DNA of 64,000 nucleotides from Chiloscyllium plagiosum (taxonomy: Eukaryota). Where the stretch lies: the NCBI RefSeq assembly GCF_004010195.1, contig NC_057719.1:23608313-23672312 (forward strand), given 5' to 3'. This document shows, piece after piece, positions 52,330 to 64,000 of the stretch (its first letter is position 1; each line of letters opens with the position of its first letter). The notes beneath the pieces are model-generated. The model searched no databases. It was not told the origin of the DNA and was given only the letters and a program-made list of their open reading frames with translations. The position numbers were made by a program, and so were the translations under genes.

Positions 52330-52965
52330 TTTAATTCATTCACAGGATGATGGCAGCATTTATTGCCTTTCCCTAATTACTCAGAGGGCAGCTAAAGAGT
52401 CATCAACCACATTGCTATAGGTCTGGAGTCACGTGTAGGCTAGACCAGGCAGTTTCCTTCCATAAAGGACATTAGTAAACCAGATGGGCTTTTCCTGACA
52501 ATTGCCAATGGATTCACAGTCATCATTAGATTTTAATTCCAGAATTCCATTAATTGAATTCAAATTCCATCTGCTATGGTGGGATTTGAACCTGGTTCCC
52601 CAGGATATTAGATTAGATTACTTACAGTGTGGAAACAGGCCATTCGGCATAACAAGTCCACACCGACCCGCCGAAGCGCAACCCACCCAGACCCATACCC
52701 CTACACCTAACACTACGGGAAATTTAGCATGGCCAATTCACCTAACCTGCACATCTTTGGACTGTGGGAGGAAACCAGAGCACCCAGAGGAAACCCAGGT
52801 GGACACGGGGAGAATGTGCAAACTCCACACAGTCAGTCGCCTGAGGCAGGAATTGAACCAGGGTCTCTGGCGCTGTGAGGCAACAGTGCTAACCACTGTG
52901 CCCACGCTTTACTTGGGTGTCTAGATGAATAGTCTAGCAATAATATCACTAGGCCATTGCCTCCC
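52330..52965 (-). mobile_element. tRNA-headed SINE with L2-like tail, interrupted by an HE1 V-SINE (52608-52904)
   Basis: Minus head gggaggcaatggcctagtg..ggttcaaatccc; related copy at 61378-61710. Confidence 0.75.
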
Positions 52966-53919
52966 ATCCCCTCCCCCCCTTATTAATATTCTGTAGATGT
53001 CAAAACTCCAGAGACTACAATGTGCCACAAAATAGCTGCCATCTCTTGCAACTGCGAGAACACGTTCCTCTCCTTTAGAAATAGTCAGTCAAAAGTGTTA
53101 GTAATACTTACAACCCTCCATGCTTCCATTACAAAAGTCAATTTAAAAGTATACTTAGCAGTACAATGCATATTTAAAAACTGTCCAAAGATTAACTTGC
53201 GAATGAGGCGAATCCAGTTCAGAACATCAGAGATCACTTATAGAAAGTGCATTAATCATGGTATGTTCCACTTTGAGAAAATTTTTCTATTAACCTGTTT
53301 TCCTGCTGAATCAAAAACATATAATTTTTGTTCTTAGGTTTTGTATGGACATAAATTTCTATCTTTTTGATTTCAGTTAAGGCTTCAAACTATGCGCTTT
53401 CTGGAGATCGGCAGCATTAGCTGATATAAAACTAGCAAGTTGAAGAAGTAGAAATTCAGCAAGTCAACAGAATTAACATGGCTCTCCACAACATTCTCCA
53501 GTAGTTTTTGTTTTTTATTTCAGATCTCTATCACCTGCAGTATTTTCCTTTCATTTCCCAGTAGATATGGCTGTTCTTAACCCAGATGTAATCTACAGGG
53601 TTGAATTTCTTCAGTGATCTCCCCATTTCCTGTTGAAAATTTAAAAGAGGAATTGGTTGGATTTGATTTGGTTTATTGTTGTCACATGTACCTAAGTCCA
53701 GTGAAAGGTTTTGTTTTGCATGCAGTACAGGCAGATCATAACATGCAAGGAAATGCAGATCATACAAAGTTTAAGCAGAGTGAGGCATACAGGATTATTG
53801 CTGCACAGGAGTTGCAGAGCAAGATCAACATTAAATTTGAAATGATCCATTCAGCAATCTAATAACAGTGGTGAAGAAGCTGTTCATGAACCTTTTAGAA
53901 TGTTTGTTTAAGCTTTTGC

Positions 53920-54175
53920 ATAGAACATTGAACAATACAGTGCGGAACAGGCCCTTCGGCTCTCAATGTTGTGTTGACCTGTGAACGAATCTAAGCCCAT
54001 CCCCCCACACTATCCTATCATCATCCATGTGCTTATCTAAGGATTGTTTAAATCTCCCTCATATGGCTGAGCTAACTACATTGATAGGGAGGGCATTCCA
54101 TGCCCTTACCACTCTCTGAGTAAAGAACCTGCCTCTGACATCTGTCTTATATATATCACCCCTCAATTTGTAGCT
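53920..54175 (-). mobile_element. CR1 3' end
   Basis: YKLRGDIYKTDVRGRFFTQRVVRAWNALP. Confidence 0.85.
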
Positions 54176-54262
54176 ATTAGCATCTTCAGCCTGATGGAAG
54201 ACATTGGAAGAGAGGATAACTGGATCTGCTGAAAACCAGAGAAATGGCTTGAACATGCAATC

Positions 54263-54874
54263 TACTATGGACCAGGACTGATCCCCTCAAAACACTTCAA
54301 GAAAGTAGCCCAGATCCTAACATTTATAGTTGTTTTAAGCAGGTATAGAGTAGATATTCCAGGAGTGATGCAACTGGCCCAAGCACTTAGCTTTAAACAA
54401 AACAGAATATATTTGCAAGATTACCAAATGAAACACAAATAAGAGACCAGAATATAGAATAACTTAACCTACCTGAAAACCCAACAGATTATCCAAAATT
54501 AATGATGCTGTTCCAACTACATGCAATAATCCCCATAAATACCCATTGACACAAGTTAAAATCAAACACAGGGTCTTACAGGAGAGAGAGCGGGATGGCA
54601 GGGAGATTCAGCATGGAACACCTTCTTCAATGGAGCTGTTTCTTGGGCCAGCAGCCTCAAAACTGACTGCTTGCTCACTCTGAACAGCCAGACCAAACCA
54701 GAGAAAAGCTGATCAGGGAGAACTGGCCACTCCACTTTCATTGTACACGTGTTTTTTTTTTAACTTAAAAGCTTCTTCAAGTAGACAAACCCAGAAATTT
54801 TGGAATCTATGTGTTTACAACCTTCTGAAAAAAAAAGCACAACATAACCTTGTTAAAGGAGCAGCATCATTACA
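54263..54874 (-). mobile_element. Solo LTR related to 28996-29640
   Basis: Minus strand begins tgtaatgatgctgctcctttaacaaggttat and ends ..gtcctggtccatagta. Confidence 0.55.
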
Positions 54875-55929
54875 ATGAGATCAGAAACCCTAAACCTCAA
54901 TTACAAGCATAGGGTTAAAAGCAAGAATTTCAGTTAGCTCCTGAATGAAGAACTGATTTGGTATTCCCTTCACAATGCTAGTAAAGAGATGTTTAGATGC
55001 AAATCAAATGTTAATTAAGCCTGCCAGCTGGCTGACTGAGTGTTTTTAAGTGATAAGGGAGCCAGTCAATAATTTACTTACAGGCACATATCCCCCAATT
55101 GAAAACTGAACTGACAGGGGGAAGTCTTTACAACGCAGAATACAGGAATTCTCTTAAGATTTCATGGTTTGAACGGTGTGGAATCTGGTGGAATGAGTGG
55201 TAGTATTTGATTAAATGTTTGGTGAGCCACATCTCTTCCATAAAATCATCTCACCACATTTGTATAAATTTCTCAGGCAGCGTGATGAGATTCTCATTAG
55301 GCAGCAGCAAGTTGCCAGTTGACACTCATTATTGCTTGCTAAACTTTTTGTCAACTGTCCAACATGCCATGGATTGCAATCTTTGCAACCTTTCTGTACA
55401 AACTAGCTATCAAGAAAACTTGACAGGGAAACCATAGCGGATTCTTTGCAGGTTCAACTCACAATTTTTTCCAAAAAGACCTCAGTGCTGAACACTGGGC
55501 ACCAGCAGCTCGAGCATACTCTATGGATACCAATGACACACCTCACATCCACTCACCTTGGCATCTGACACGTACCAGCCTTTCTGAACAATCATGGCAT
55601 ATCTCTTACAGTATGCTTCTGCACCTCAGACTGCACCAGTGACTATTATTTCAATGCTACGGAAAGGATACTTTACATTTCAGGACCATACAGCCAGCCC
55701 ATGGACAAGGTCAAGCTACATCTCTGGGACTTCATTTATTGTCATGGCGATCACTCACTTTGAGTCTACCTGGATGTGAAACTACCTTGCATTGATTTGT
55801 CTTTTTGCACATTGTCCCCTCACCCAGAGATATTAGGCTCATTATATTACTGGCTTGCTTTGCCATTTAGCGTAGACACACGCTTGTTACAATTGTCAGT
55901 AGTTCTCAGTCCAGTCAAGGGGGATAGGT

Positions 55930-57432
55930 TTTTTTACAGATGTTGCCAGGGTTGGAGGGTTTGAGCTATGGGGAGAGGCTGAATAGGATGGGGCTATTTT
56001 CCCTGAAACGTCAGAGGCTGAGCAGTGTCATGAGAGAAGAAAGTGAGGTCTGCAGATGCTGGAGATCAGAGCTGGAAATGTGTTGCTGGAAAAGCGCAGC
56101 AGGTCAGGCAGCATCCAGGGAACAGGAGAATCGACGTTTCGGGCATAAGCCCTTCTTCAGGAATGAGGAAAGTTTGTCCAGCAGGCTAAGATAAAAGTTA
56201 GGGAGGAGGGACTTGGGGGAGGGGTGTCGGGACGCTCCTCCTCCGACCGTCGGGTTGTTGTGGTTTGGCGGTGGATGAGTCCAATGACCTGCATATCCTC
56301 GGTGGAGTGGGAGGGGGAGTTGAAATGCTGTGCTACAGGGTGGTTGGGTTGGTTCGTCCGGGTGGCCCAGAGGTGCTCTCTGAATCGCTCCGCAAGTAGG
56401 CGGCCTGTCTCCCCAATATAGAGGAGGCCAGACCGGCTGCAGCGGATGCAGTAGATAATGTGGGTGGAGGTGAATCTGTGGTGGATATGGAAGTTTCCTT
56501 TGGGGCCTTGGAGGGAGGTGAGGGGGGAGGTGTGGGCGCAAGTGTTGGACCTCCTGCGGTTGCAAGGGAAGGTGCCGGGGGTGGAGGTTGGGTCGGTGGG
56601 GGGTGTGGGTCTGACAAGGGAGTCGCGGAGGGAGTGGTCTCTACGGAAAGCTGGTAGGGGAGGGGAGGGAAATATATCCTTGGTGGTGGGGTCCGTTTGG
56701 GGGTAGCGGAAATGACGGCGGATGATGCTCTGTACATGGAGATTGGTGGGGTGGTAGGTGAGGACCAGTGGGGTTTTGTCCTGGTGGCGGTTGGAGGGGC
56801 GGGGTTCCAGGGCGGAGGAGCGGGAAGTGGAGAGATGCGGTGGAGGGCATCGTCGACCACGTCGGGGGGGGGAAATTGCGGTCCTTGAAGAAGGAGGCCA
56901 TCTGGGTTGTGCGTTTTTGGAACTGGTCCTCCTGGGAGCAGATGCGGCGGAGTCGAAGGAATTGGGAGAATGGGATGGCGTTTTTACAGGGTGCAGGATG
57001 GGAGGAGGTGTAGTCCAGGTAGCTGTGGGAGTCGGCCGGTTTGTAGTAGTGTCATTATAGAGGTTTATAACATAATGAGACGCATAGCTAGGGTAAATAG
57101 ACAAGGTGTTCTCCCAGAGGTGGGGCTGTCCAGAACTAGAGGGCATAAGTTTAGGGTGAGGGGGAAAATTTTAAAAAGGACCTAAGGGGCAACCTTTTCA
57201 TGCAGGGGGTGGTGCATGTTATAGAATGAACTGCCACATGAAGTGGTGAAGGCTAGTACAATTACAACATTTAAAAGATATCTGGATGGGTATATGAATA
57301 GGAAGGGTTTAGAGGGATATGGGTCACGTGCTGGCAAATGGGACTATATTAGATTAGGATATCTGGTCAGCATGGACGAGTTGGACCAAAGGGTCTGTTT
57401 CTATGCTGTACACCTGTATGACTCTATGACTC
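55930..57432 (+). mobile_element. CR1 3' region split by a PLE insertion
   Basis: MLPGLEGLSYGERLNRMGLFSL resumes at ~57056 as IEVYNIMR..RTRGHKFRVRG; tail ~57430. Confidence 0.9.
56032..57047 (-). mobile_element. Young 5'-truncated Penelope-like element (family 1) with GIY-YIG domain and intact HHR core (56128-56165)
   Basis: IIYCIRCSRSGLLYIGETGRLLAERFREH..PVAQHFN; CpG-rich; agtgtcat duplicated at 56024-56031 and 57048-57055. Confidence 0.92.
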
Positions 57433-57609
57433 TAGGGGATCCCAGCACTATAAGTCAAGGGCAGCCTCCAAAGCCAGTCCAGGCCCTGCCTCAAGTGGTC
57501 AGATTCAGGATTCTCTTCTCATAAGGAGTGAGGAGCTGGATGACTGATAGCACACTTCCTGCCTTCTCTGTCACTGTCTCTCTCGCTCTCTTTCTCTCTC
57601 TCTCTATTA

Positions 57610-58495
57610 CTTGGATGCAAGGACTACAGTCAAATTTGTGGATGACATTAAAATAGGTAGGTAATTAAGGAATAAAAAAATGTACGTGTTGATATGGAAA
57701 GGTTAGGTGAATGGATCCAAAAACTTGGCAAATGAAGTTTCACGTGGATAAGTGTGAGGTATCCATTTTGTTTGAAGAATCAAAAAACAGTTTTTTATCT
57801 ACGTAAAGAGAGATTTCAGAGTGCTGCAGTGCAGAGGGATTTGGTGTCCTTGTGCAGGACAGAAACCTAGTATGCAGGTACATCAGGGAATGAGGAAGGC
57901 AAATGGATTTTTTGCATTTATTGCTAAAGGAATAGAGTATAAAGGTAGAGAAGTGATGCTACACTATACGATGTCTGGAATATTGCATACGGTTTTAGTC
58001 CTCTTACTTGAGCAAGGATGTAATTGTACTTGAGGCCATTCAGAGGAGGTTTACTACATTGATTCCAAGGCTGAACAAATTTTCTTTTGAACAGAATTTG
58101 AACAGTTTAGACCCATAGGAGACTTAGAAGAATGAGAGGAAATCTAATTCAGGTGCATAAGATATTAAAGGGGATTGATAGAACAGATGCTTCTCCTGTT
58201 GGCAATCTGGAATAAGAGGTCATAGTTTTAGGATGAAGGGTAGCAGATTTAGCAGAGATGGGAAGAAACTACTTCTCTCAAAGGGTCATGAATCTGTGGA
58301 ATTGACTACCCCAGAGTGCGATGGATGCTGCAACATTTAATAAATTTAAGCAGGAGATGACAGATTTTTATTTAGAGTTATGGAGAGTGGGCAAGAAGGT
58401 GAAGTTGAGGCCAAGATGAGATTAGCTAGGTTCGTATTAAATGTGGAGCAGACACAAGAAGCTGAATTGCCTACTCGTGCTCCTTAGTTCGTATG
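57610..58495 (+). mobile_element. Degenerate CR1 3' region
   Basis: KFVDDIK, KANGFFAFIAKGIEYKGREVML, FFSQRVMNLWN. Confidence 0.8.
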
Positions 58496-59199
58496 TACTA
58501 ATGTTTTTGTTCTCTCCAATAGTAGGCTGTTTTGCGTCTGGAATGAGAAAGAGAGAGAGAGAGAGAGAGACAGGTATAATAGAAGATGAAATTTGGCTGT
58601 ACTTTTGACACTGGCTTAGTAGTTTCCCAAGCGAGTGAGTAAGCAGCACAAAGGGCATGCAGGGTTATTTATACTGCAGGTCAGGACAGGTGAGGGCAAG
58701 TGAAAAAGACCATCTGTGCAATAGCGCGCATGATCATGGGCCTTGCTGGGGAGTTGGGTGCAACACAGCGAGAGTAAATGTGAGATATCAGAGAGAAGTT
58801 GGAGACACGTACACTGGTGGAGTATCGAAGATCATTGCCCTTCTTCCCACTGTGCTGCCCATTCCTCGTTTTAGCTGACACTGCTCTAAATTGGATGATA
58901 ACCCCATGCCAGACTGGCAGAGTCTTGTATCATGACCTCCATTGATGGTCCTAGGAGAAGAGGAGGTCCTGCCTGTCTTCCCCATCCAGCCTCCAGTATC
59001 ACCCTGGTTGTTCCGCAAGATTGACCTCATCCTGCTCCCTTAAGGCAGGGGAAGCAAATTTGAAAAGGTATGACAGAGAACTAATTTTGCTATTGAATGC
59101 TAGCTGAGTCACTTCTCACATTGAGATCCTGCTTTTATCTGCTATTGCTGAATTCACTATATCCGGAATGTAAAGACAACTCAAACTCTTTTCCCATGT

Positions 59200-60450
59200 A
59201 CCCTCCACCCTCATCTTGAACAAGAGCAAGGAGCCCATGCATCTCTTTGTCCCTAAACTTGAGATAAGCCAATAAGCCACCTTGGCTGGGTCCTTTGGTA
59301 TGATTATTCACGGCATTCTTCTCAAATATCTCTCCACTGCCTGTCTGTTTATAACCTTGGTGTTATATCTGATCTGGAGATAATCCTCCAACCATCTATT
59401 GTCTCATCATTAAGAACTGCTCCCAATTCCATTCCATAACATCCTGCAGTTTTGCCCTGTCTAAGCTCCACTGTTCTTGAAATCTCCAAACATGCCTTTA
59501 ATGCCTTGGATACCAAGATTCCATTACATTTGTGGCTGGTCATCATATTGTATTCTTTATAAACTGGAGGTCATTCAAAACTCTGTTATTATGTCTTAAC
59601 TAACATCAAACTCCCCCACACCTCTTCACCACACCACTTCACTGGCCTACACTGGCTTCAGGTCCAGCAATATCTTTGAATTTAGCATTTGCACCCTTGT
59701 TTTCAAAACTCTGCAAAGTTTCACCTCTCTCTCTCTCTGTCTGTTTCTGTAATCTTTTTCAGTCCCACAATCTGCTGAGATATCTGAGTTCCTCTAATTG
59801 TGTCCCTTATGCATCTCCAGTTTTACTTGTTCCAGCAGTAGTGACTGTGCCTTTGGTTGCCTCAATTCAAAGCTTTGGAATCTCATCTCTACACCTCTCC
59901 ACTGGTGGGTGAGGTAAAGATTCTGACAGGCTTAACATTACAAAGTGCATTAAACTCCACCCAGTCTGATAATATCATACAGTCTAATATGGGGAAGATC
60001 AGGAGACCAAATCTGAATCTCAAAAGAGACACTGTGTCATCTGCATCTCTTAGCAGTTTTAGTTACAACATCTAACTAACTAATGTAACTTACACCTAAT
60101 TGCTATCTTGCAATAACCTGTATCTTGTTAAGACAAGACCCTGTTCTTGTTAAGATTTGGTAATGGCTGTTCCTCTGTCCCTGTACACCTAACAGATCCT
60201 CACAACCAGGCCAAGGGGAGAGGAATGGTGGCAGTATCCTTCTGTCCAGAAATACCCAATCTATCCCTCTTCCTCACCTTCCTTCATTAAATTGTGTTTT
60301 TAAAACCTACCAATTCAATCAAATTTTTAGTCATCTGATCTAATTGTTCCATATGTGGATCAGTTTCATAACATTTCATAAAGTTTTTATGAAGCAACTG
60401 ATAGTGTTTTATTATGTTAAAAGCACTATGTAAATTGTTTTGTTATTATT
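59200..60450 (+). mobile_element. Old L2 LINE 3' fragments
   Basis: NLGVISD, KLEVIQNS, LTGLHWL motifs; L2-like tail ~60400-60450. Confidence 0.55.
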
Positions 60451-60553
60451 GAATAAGCACCTAAAGTTAGGCACTTAAAATCTTGAATTGCTTCTCAACT
60501 TCTAGTCGATAGCACTCTGGCACAAAGCTGATCCTCCTTTTCTCATGAAATAC

Positions 60554-60591
60554 CTCATCTTAAAGAATTCAGCAGTGATATACAGCAAGGT
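60554..60591 (-). CDS. Candidate 38-nt exon (TLLYITAEFFKM)
   Basis: cttttcatgcattttcacag|ACCTTG...GATGAG|gtattt; single open frame. Confidence 0.35.
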
Positions 60592-60679
60592 CTGTGAAAA
60601 TGCATGAAAAGTGCATACACATAGGTTTGTATAGTATTAATTTTACCGGACTTGTGATCCAGAGGCCCAGGTGAATGTA

Positions 60680-61375
60680 CAAAAGAACAATACAGCACAA
60701 GAACAGGCCCTTTGGCCCTCCAAGCCTGCACCGCCATATTTTGCCCTTCCATACTAAAACTGTCTTCACTTACAGGATCTGTCCCTTCCTATCTATATAT
60801 TCATCCAGGTGGTTCTTGAATGCCGCTGTCTTGTCTCTGCTTCCACCACCTCCTCTCACTCCAGGCACTCCCCATGTGTGAAAAATTGCCTTGCAGATCT
60901 CTTTTAAACTTCCACCCTCGCACCTTGAGCCTGTGTCCCTTAGTAATAACCCCTCCACCTTGGGAAAAAGCCTCATACTTTCAATGCCATTCACAATCTT
61001 ATAACCTTCTATTAGGCTGCCCTTCAACCTCCAGCATTCCACTGAAAACAAACCCAGTCTATCCAACCTTTCTTCATAGCTAAAATCTCCCATAACAAGC
61101 AACACAAACCTTTTCTGTACCCGGTCCAAAGTATCCACATTCTTCTGGCAGAACTAAAGCTGCAACATAACTTATCTATCCTTATACGCAATGCCCCTTC
61201 CAAAAAGGCAAGCATGCCATCAGCCTTTTTTACTACCTTATCTACCTGTGCTCCAACCTCCAGTGATCTGTGGACCTGCACACACAGATCCCTCTGCATA
61301 TCAATACTCCTAAGGATTCTGTCATTCACTTTATCATTTCCACCCGTACTTGACCTTCCAAAATATATCATCTCA
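60680..61375 (-). mobile_element. CR1 LINE 3' region
   Basis: QRDLCVQVHRSL; YEERLDRLGLFSVECWRLKGSLIEGYKI. Confidence 0.85.
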
Positions 61376-61377
61376 CT

Positions 61378-61710
61378 TGCTGTGAGGATATGTATTCAAA
61401 TCTCACTATGGCAGGTTGTGGAATTTTAATCCAATTCACAAATCTGGAATATAAAAGTTAGTCTCAGTTATGATGATCATGATAACTGTTGTCAATTGTT
61501 ATTAAAACCCATCTGGTTCGCTATCGCCCTGCATGGAAGGAAATCTGCCATCCTTACCCCAGTCTAGCATATACGTGGCACCAGACTGACTGTAATGTAC
61601 TGGACTCTTAACCACCCTCTGGATGCTGGGATCAAGGACAATTACGATGGCCAACAGGTGTTGACTTTGTCAGTTATGCTCAGGCTCCATGAAAGAATAA
61701 AGAAAATAAA
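61378..61710 (+). mobile_element. tRNA-headed SINE with L2-like tail
   Basis: ttcaaatctcactatggcag..aatctggaat..ggaaggaaatctgccatccttac; A-rich end. Confidence 0.65.
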
Positions 61711-61815
61711 ACACATTCTTCAGGCAGTAAAAATGACGATCATTCTGCACTCCATTCCTTAGCATTGTTTCTGTTAGATTTCTAAATGTGGTGGGTCAGC
61801 TAAAGTAAGTATGCA

Positions 61816-62012
61816 GATTAGATTAGATTACATTACAGTGTGGAAACAGGCCCTTCGGCCCAACAAGTCCACACCGACCGGCCGAAGCGAACCCACCCAT
61901 ACCCCTACATTTACCCCTTACCTAACACTATGGGCAATTTAGTACGGCAATTTAGTACGGCCAATTCACCTGACCCTGCACATCTTTGGACTGTGGGAGG
62001 AAACCGGAGGAA
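61816..62012 (-). mobile_element. HE1-type V-SINE 3' part
   Basis: Near-identical to 42238-42420. Confidence 0.9.
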
Positions 62013-63089
62013 GCAATTATGAAGGTAATTGGTTTGTTGACCTTCATTACTAGATGATCCAAGTACAGTCTTGCTGCAATGGTATAAAGTCGCAGTGAGA
62101 TCGTATTTGAGGTATTGTTTCCAAGTTTGGTCTCTTCACCCATGGAAGGATGTAGTTCTCATTGAATGAGTGCAGCAGAAGTTGGTGAGTCTTTGGAATG
62201 GTCTATCCAAAAGGGCTGTGGTACCTCAATCTCTGAGTGGATTCAAGACAAAAATCAATAGGTTTCTGGAGATGAATGATTTTCAGGGTTATGCAGACGG
62301 AGGAGGGAAATAGCATGGACATAGATGATCAGACATGATCTAATCAAGTGGGAGAGTGGTTCTGAAGAAGATCTATACAGGTTTCAAAATGTTAGCTCCA
62401 ATTCTCTCTCCACGATGCTGCCAGACTTGCTAACTTTCTCCAGCAATTTCCGTATTTGTTGTGGGGAAGCAGACTCGATAGGCGACTGGTCTACTCATGT
62501 TCCTGTGTTCCAAAGTCAAATGTTGTTACAGGAGGAAATCTTCCTAGAGTTGGCCATATTAAGTGCCTTGACCTTGAACAGTGGAATTTAAAAATGAAAA
62601 ATAGCAATAAGAGGAAAGGGTCATGTAATTGTATCTTTGGAACAAAGATGGAATGAGAAGTTAAATTATTAGGAAGTAAATCTGTATGGTTCTGTTCAGT
62701 TGATTTAAGTGCACTCAAGTCATGTTCCAGTTGGGTTGAGTGAATTAATTTAGCCTCAGAAAATGCACAATTTTAGGTTTACTGCCTGGAGCACTGGCTT
62801 CCAAATATACTGGACTCTAAATCTTGCCTGTAGGCTACTGTTAAAGATATTGATCAATCCCATTAGTACACGCCACAAAGGTGTCAATCACATGGATGAA
62901 TATAATTTTTTTACTACAGCTCTATTTAAAGTTCCCAAACTGTGTGGAAGAAGCATAAGACTGGTGATAGGTAGTAGGTGTCTCTAAATGCTACTTTAGA
63001 TCTCATGGCCCATATGTCAGTGTGTCTTTAAGAGACGTACTCATTGTATCACCAATGTGTCATAGCATGTGACTTGTGGGTACAAAGAT

Positions 63090-63440
63090 GGGTGCTTGGT
63101 GGCTCAGTGGTCAGCACTGCTGCCTAACAGTGCCCTGGACCCAGGTTCAATTCCAGCCTTGGGTGACTTTCTGGATTTTGTGTATTCTCCCTGTGCCTGA
63201 GTGAGCACCCTCTGGGTGCTCCGGTTTCCTTCAACTGTCCAAAAATGTGCAGGCTAGATGGATTGGCTATGGTAAAATTGTCTATAGTGTGCAGGCAAAG
63301 TGGGTTAGCCATGGTAAATGAGGGGTTACGGGGATTGGGTGGGGGAGGCTGTGTCTGAGTCTGGGTAGGATATCCTACAGAGGCTTGGTGTGGACATGAT
63401 GGGCCAAATGGCCTCTTTCCGCACATGGGGATTTTATAAT
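63090..63440 (+). mobile_element. HE1-type V-SINE
   Basis: A box ggtggctcagtgg, B box ggttcaattcc, V-domain, CR1-like tail. Confidence 0.85.
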
Positions 63441-64000
63441 CTCAACTCAACTCACTTAAATCATGATGCCCTATTGTAACTATTAGCATATTAGCCCAGA
63501 CACTTTAATATCTGAGGATTTTACTGTTTTGTTTAAAATAGTTAGCTTTAAAAATGCTGCTGGGTCCTTCAGTACCATGAATTCTTTACCCTGTGTCTTA
63601 TGCTAGAGGTCAAAACATAAGCTATGCCATATGAGGAAGAACTGTTGGTGGCAAACCCGCAAAACTAAAGACCACATATTTTCATAAAATTCAGTGCAAA
63701 TTCACAGGTCATATGAAAATTTAATTTACAACCAGATACATAGCACCTTTTTCTGAAAGGTTTATGTGTGCTGCATCTCCAAACTCATAAATTACAACCA
63801 TTAAAATGTGCATTGTTAGCTTGTGTTAGGAAGCTTTCTTGAATTTGCTTTATGAAGAAAATTGCAAAATCAGGTCATTTGCCAGTAATAATTCAATACA
63901 ACAGCATTCAGTCATGAGCAGTATTTTAAATGAAACCAAACGTATGCCTAGAAGCTTAAGAAGAATTCATGGCCTTTGCTTGCTGTGGATGATGAACAAC

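Noticed and set aside
18461..56165. Recurring MCCWKSAAGQAAS peptide, or CRISPR-like repeats
   Set aside because: Dispersed PLE termini, not a regularly spaced array; eukaryotic context with no cas genes.

Overview
This is eukaryotic, repeat-rich genomic DNA, almost certainly from a cartilaginous fish (probably a carpet/bamboo shark, judged from HE1-type V-SINEs and HER1/CR1 LINEs). It has no long intact host ORF. Nearly all ORF-track entries are decayed retroelement fragments: CR1, L2-like, RTE and Tx1-like LINEs, Penelope-like elements (PLEs), and Gypsy pol plus solo LTRs. SINEs and a Tigger-like MITE are also present, with two N gaps. The most interesting signal is a set of minimal hammerhead-ribozyme (HHR) motifs, CTGANGA-A-stemII-GAAA-palindrome-TH, in three distinct PLE families. 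They occur in long PLE copies and in ~160-180 bp fold-back elements flanked by 12-16 bp target-site duplications (TSDs), with compensatory stem II changes. Other observations: a PLE with ~0.6 kb inverted arms, a ~320 bp inverted duplication of a Gypsy RT core, and several short exon-like segments on the minus strand that may belong to an unidentified large-intron host gene (low to moderate confidence). Repeat boundaries are approximate and were read by eye; family names come from motif recall, not a database search.
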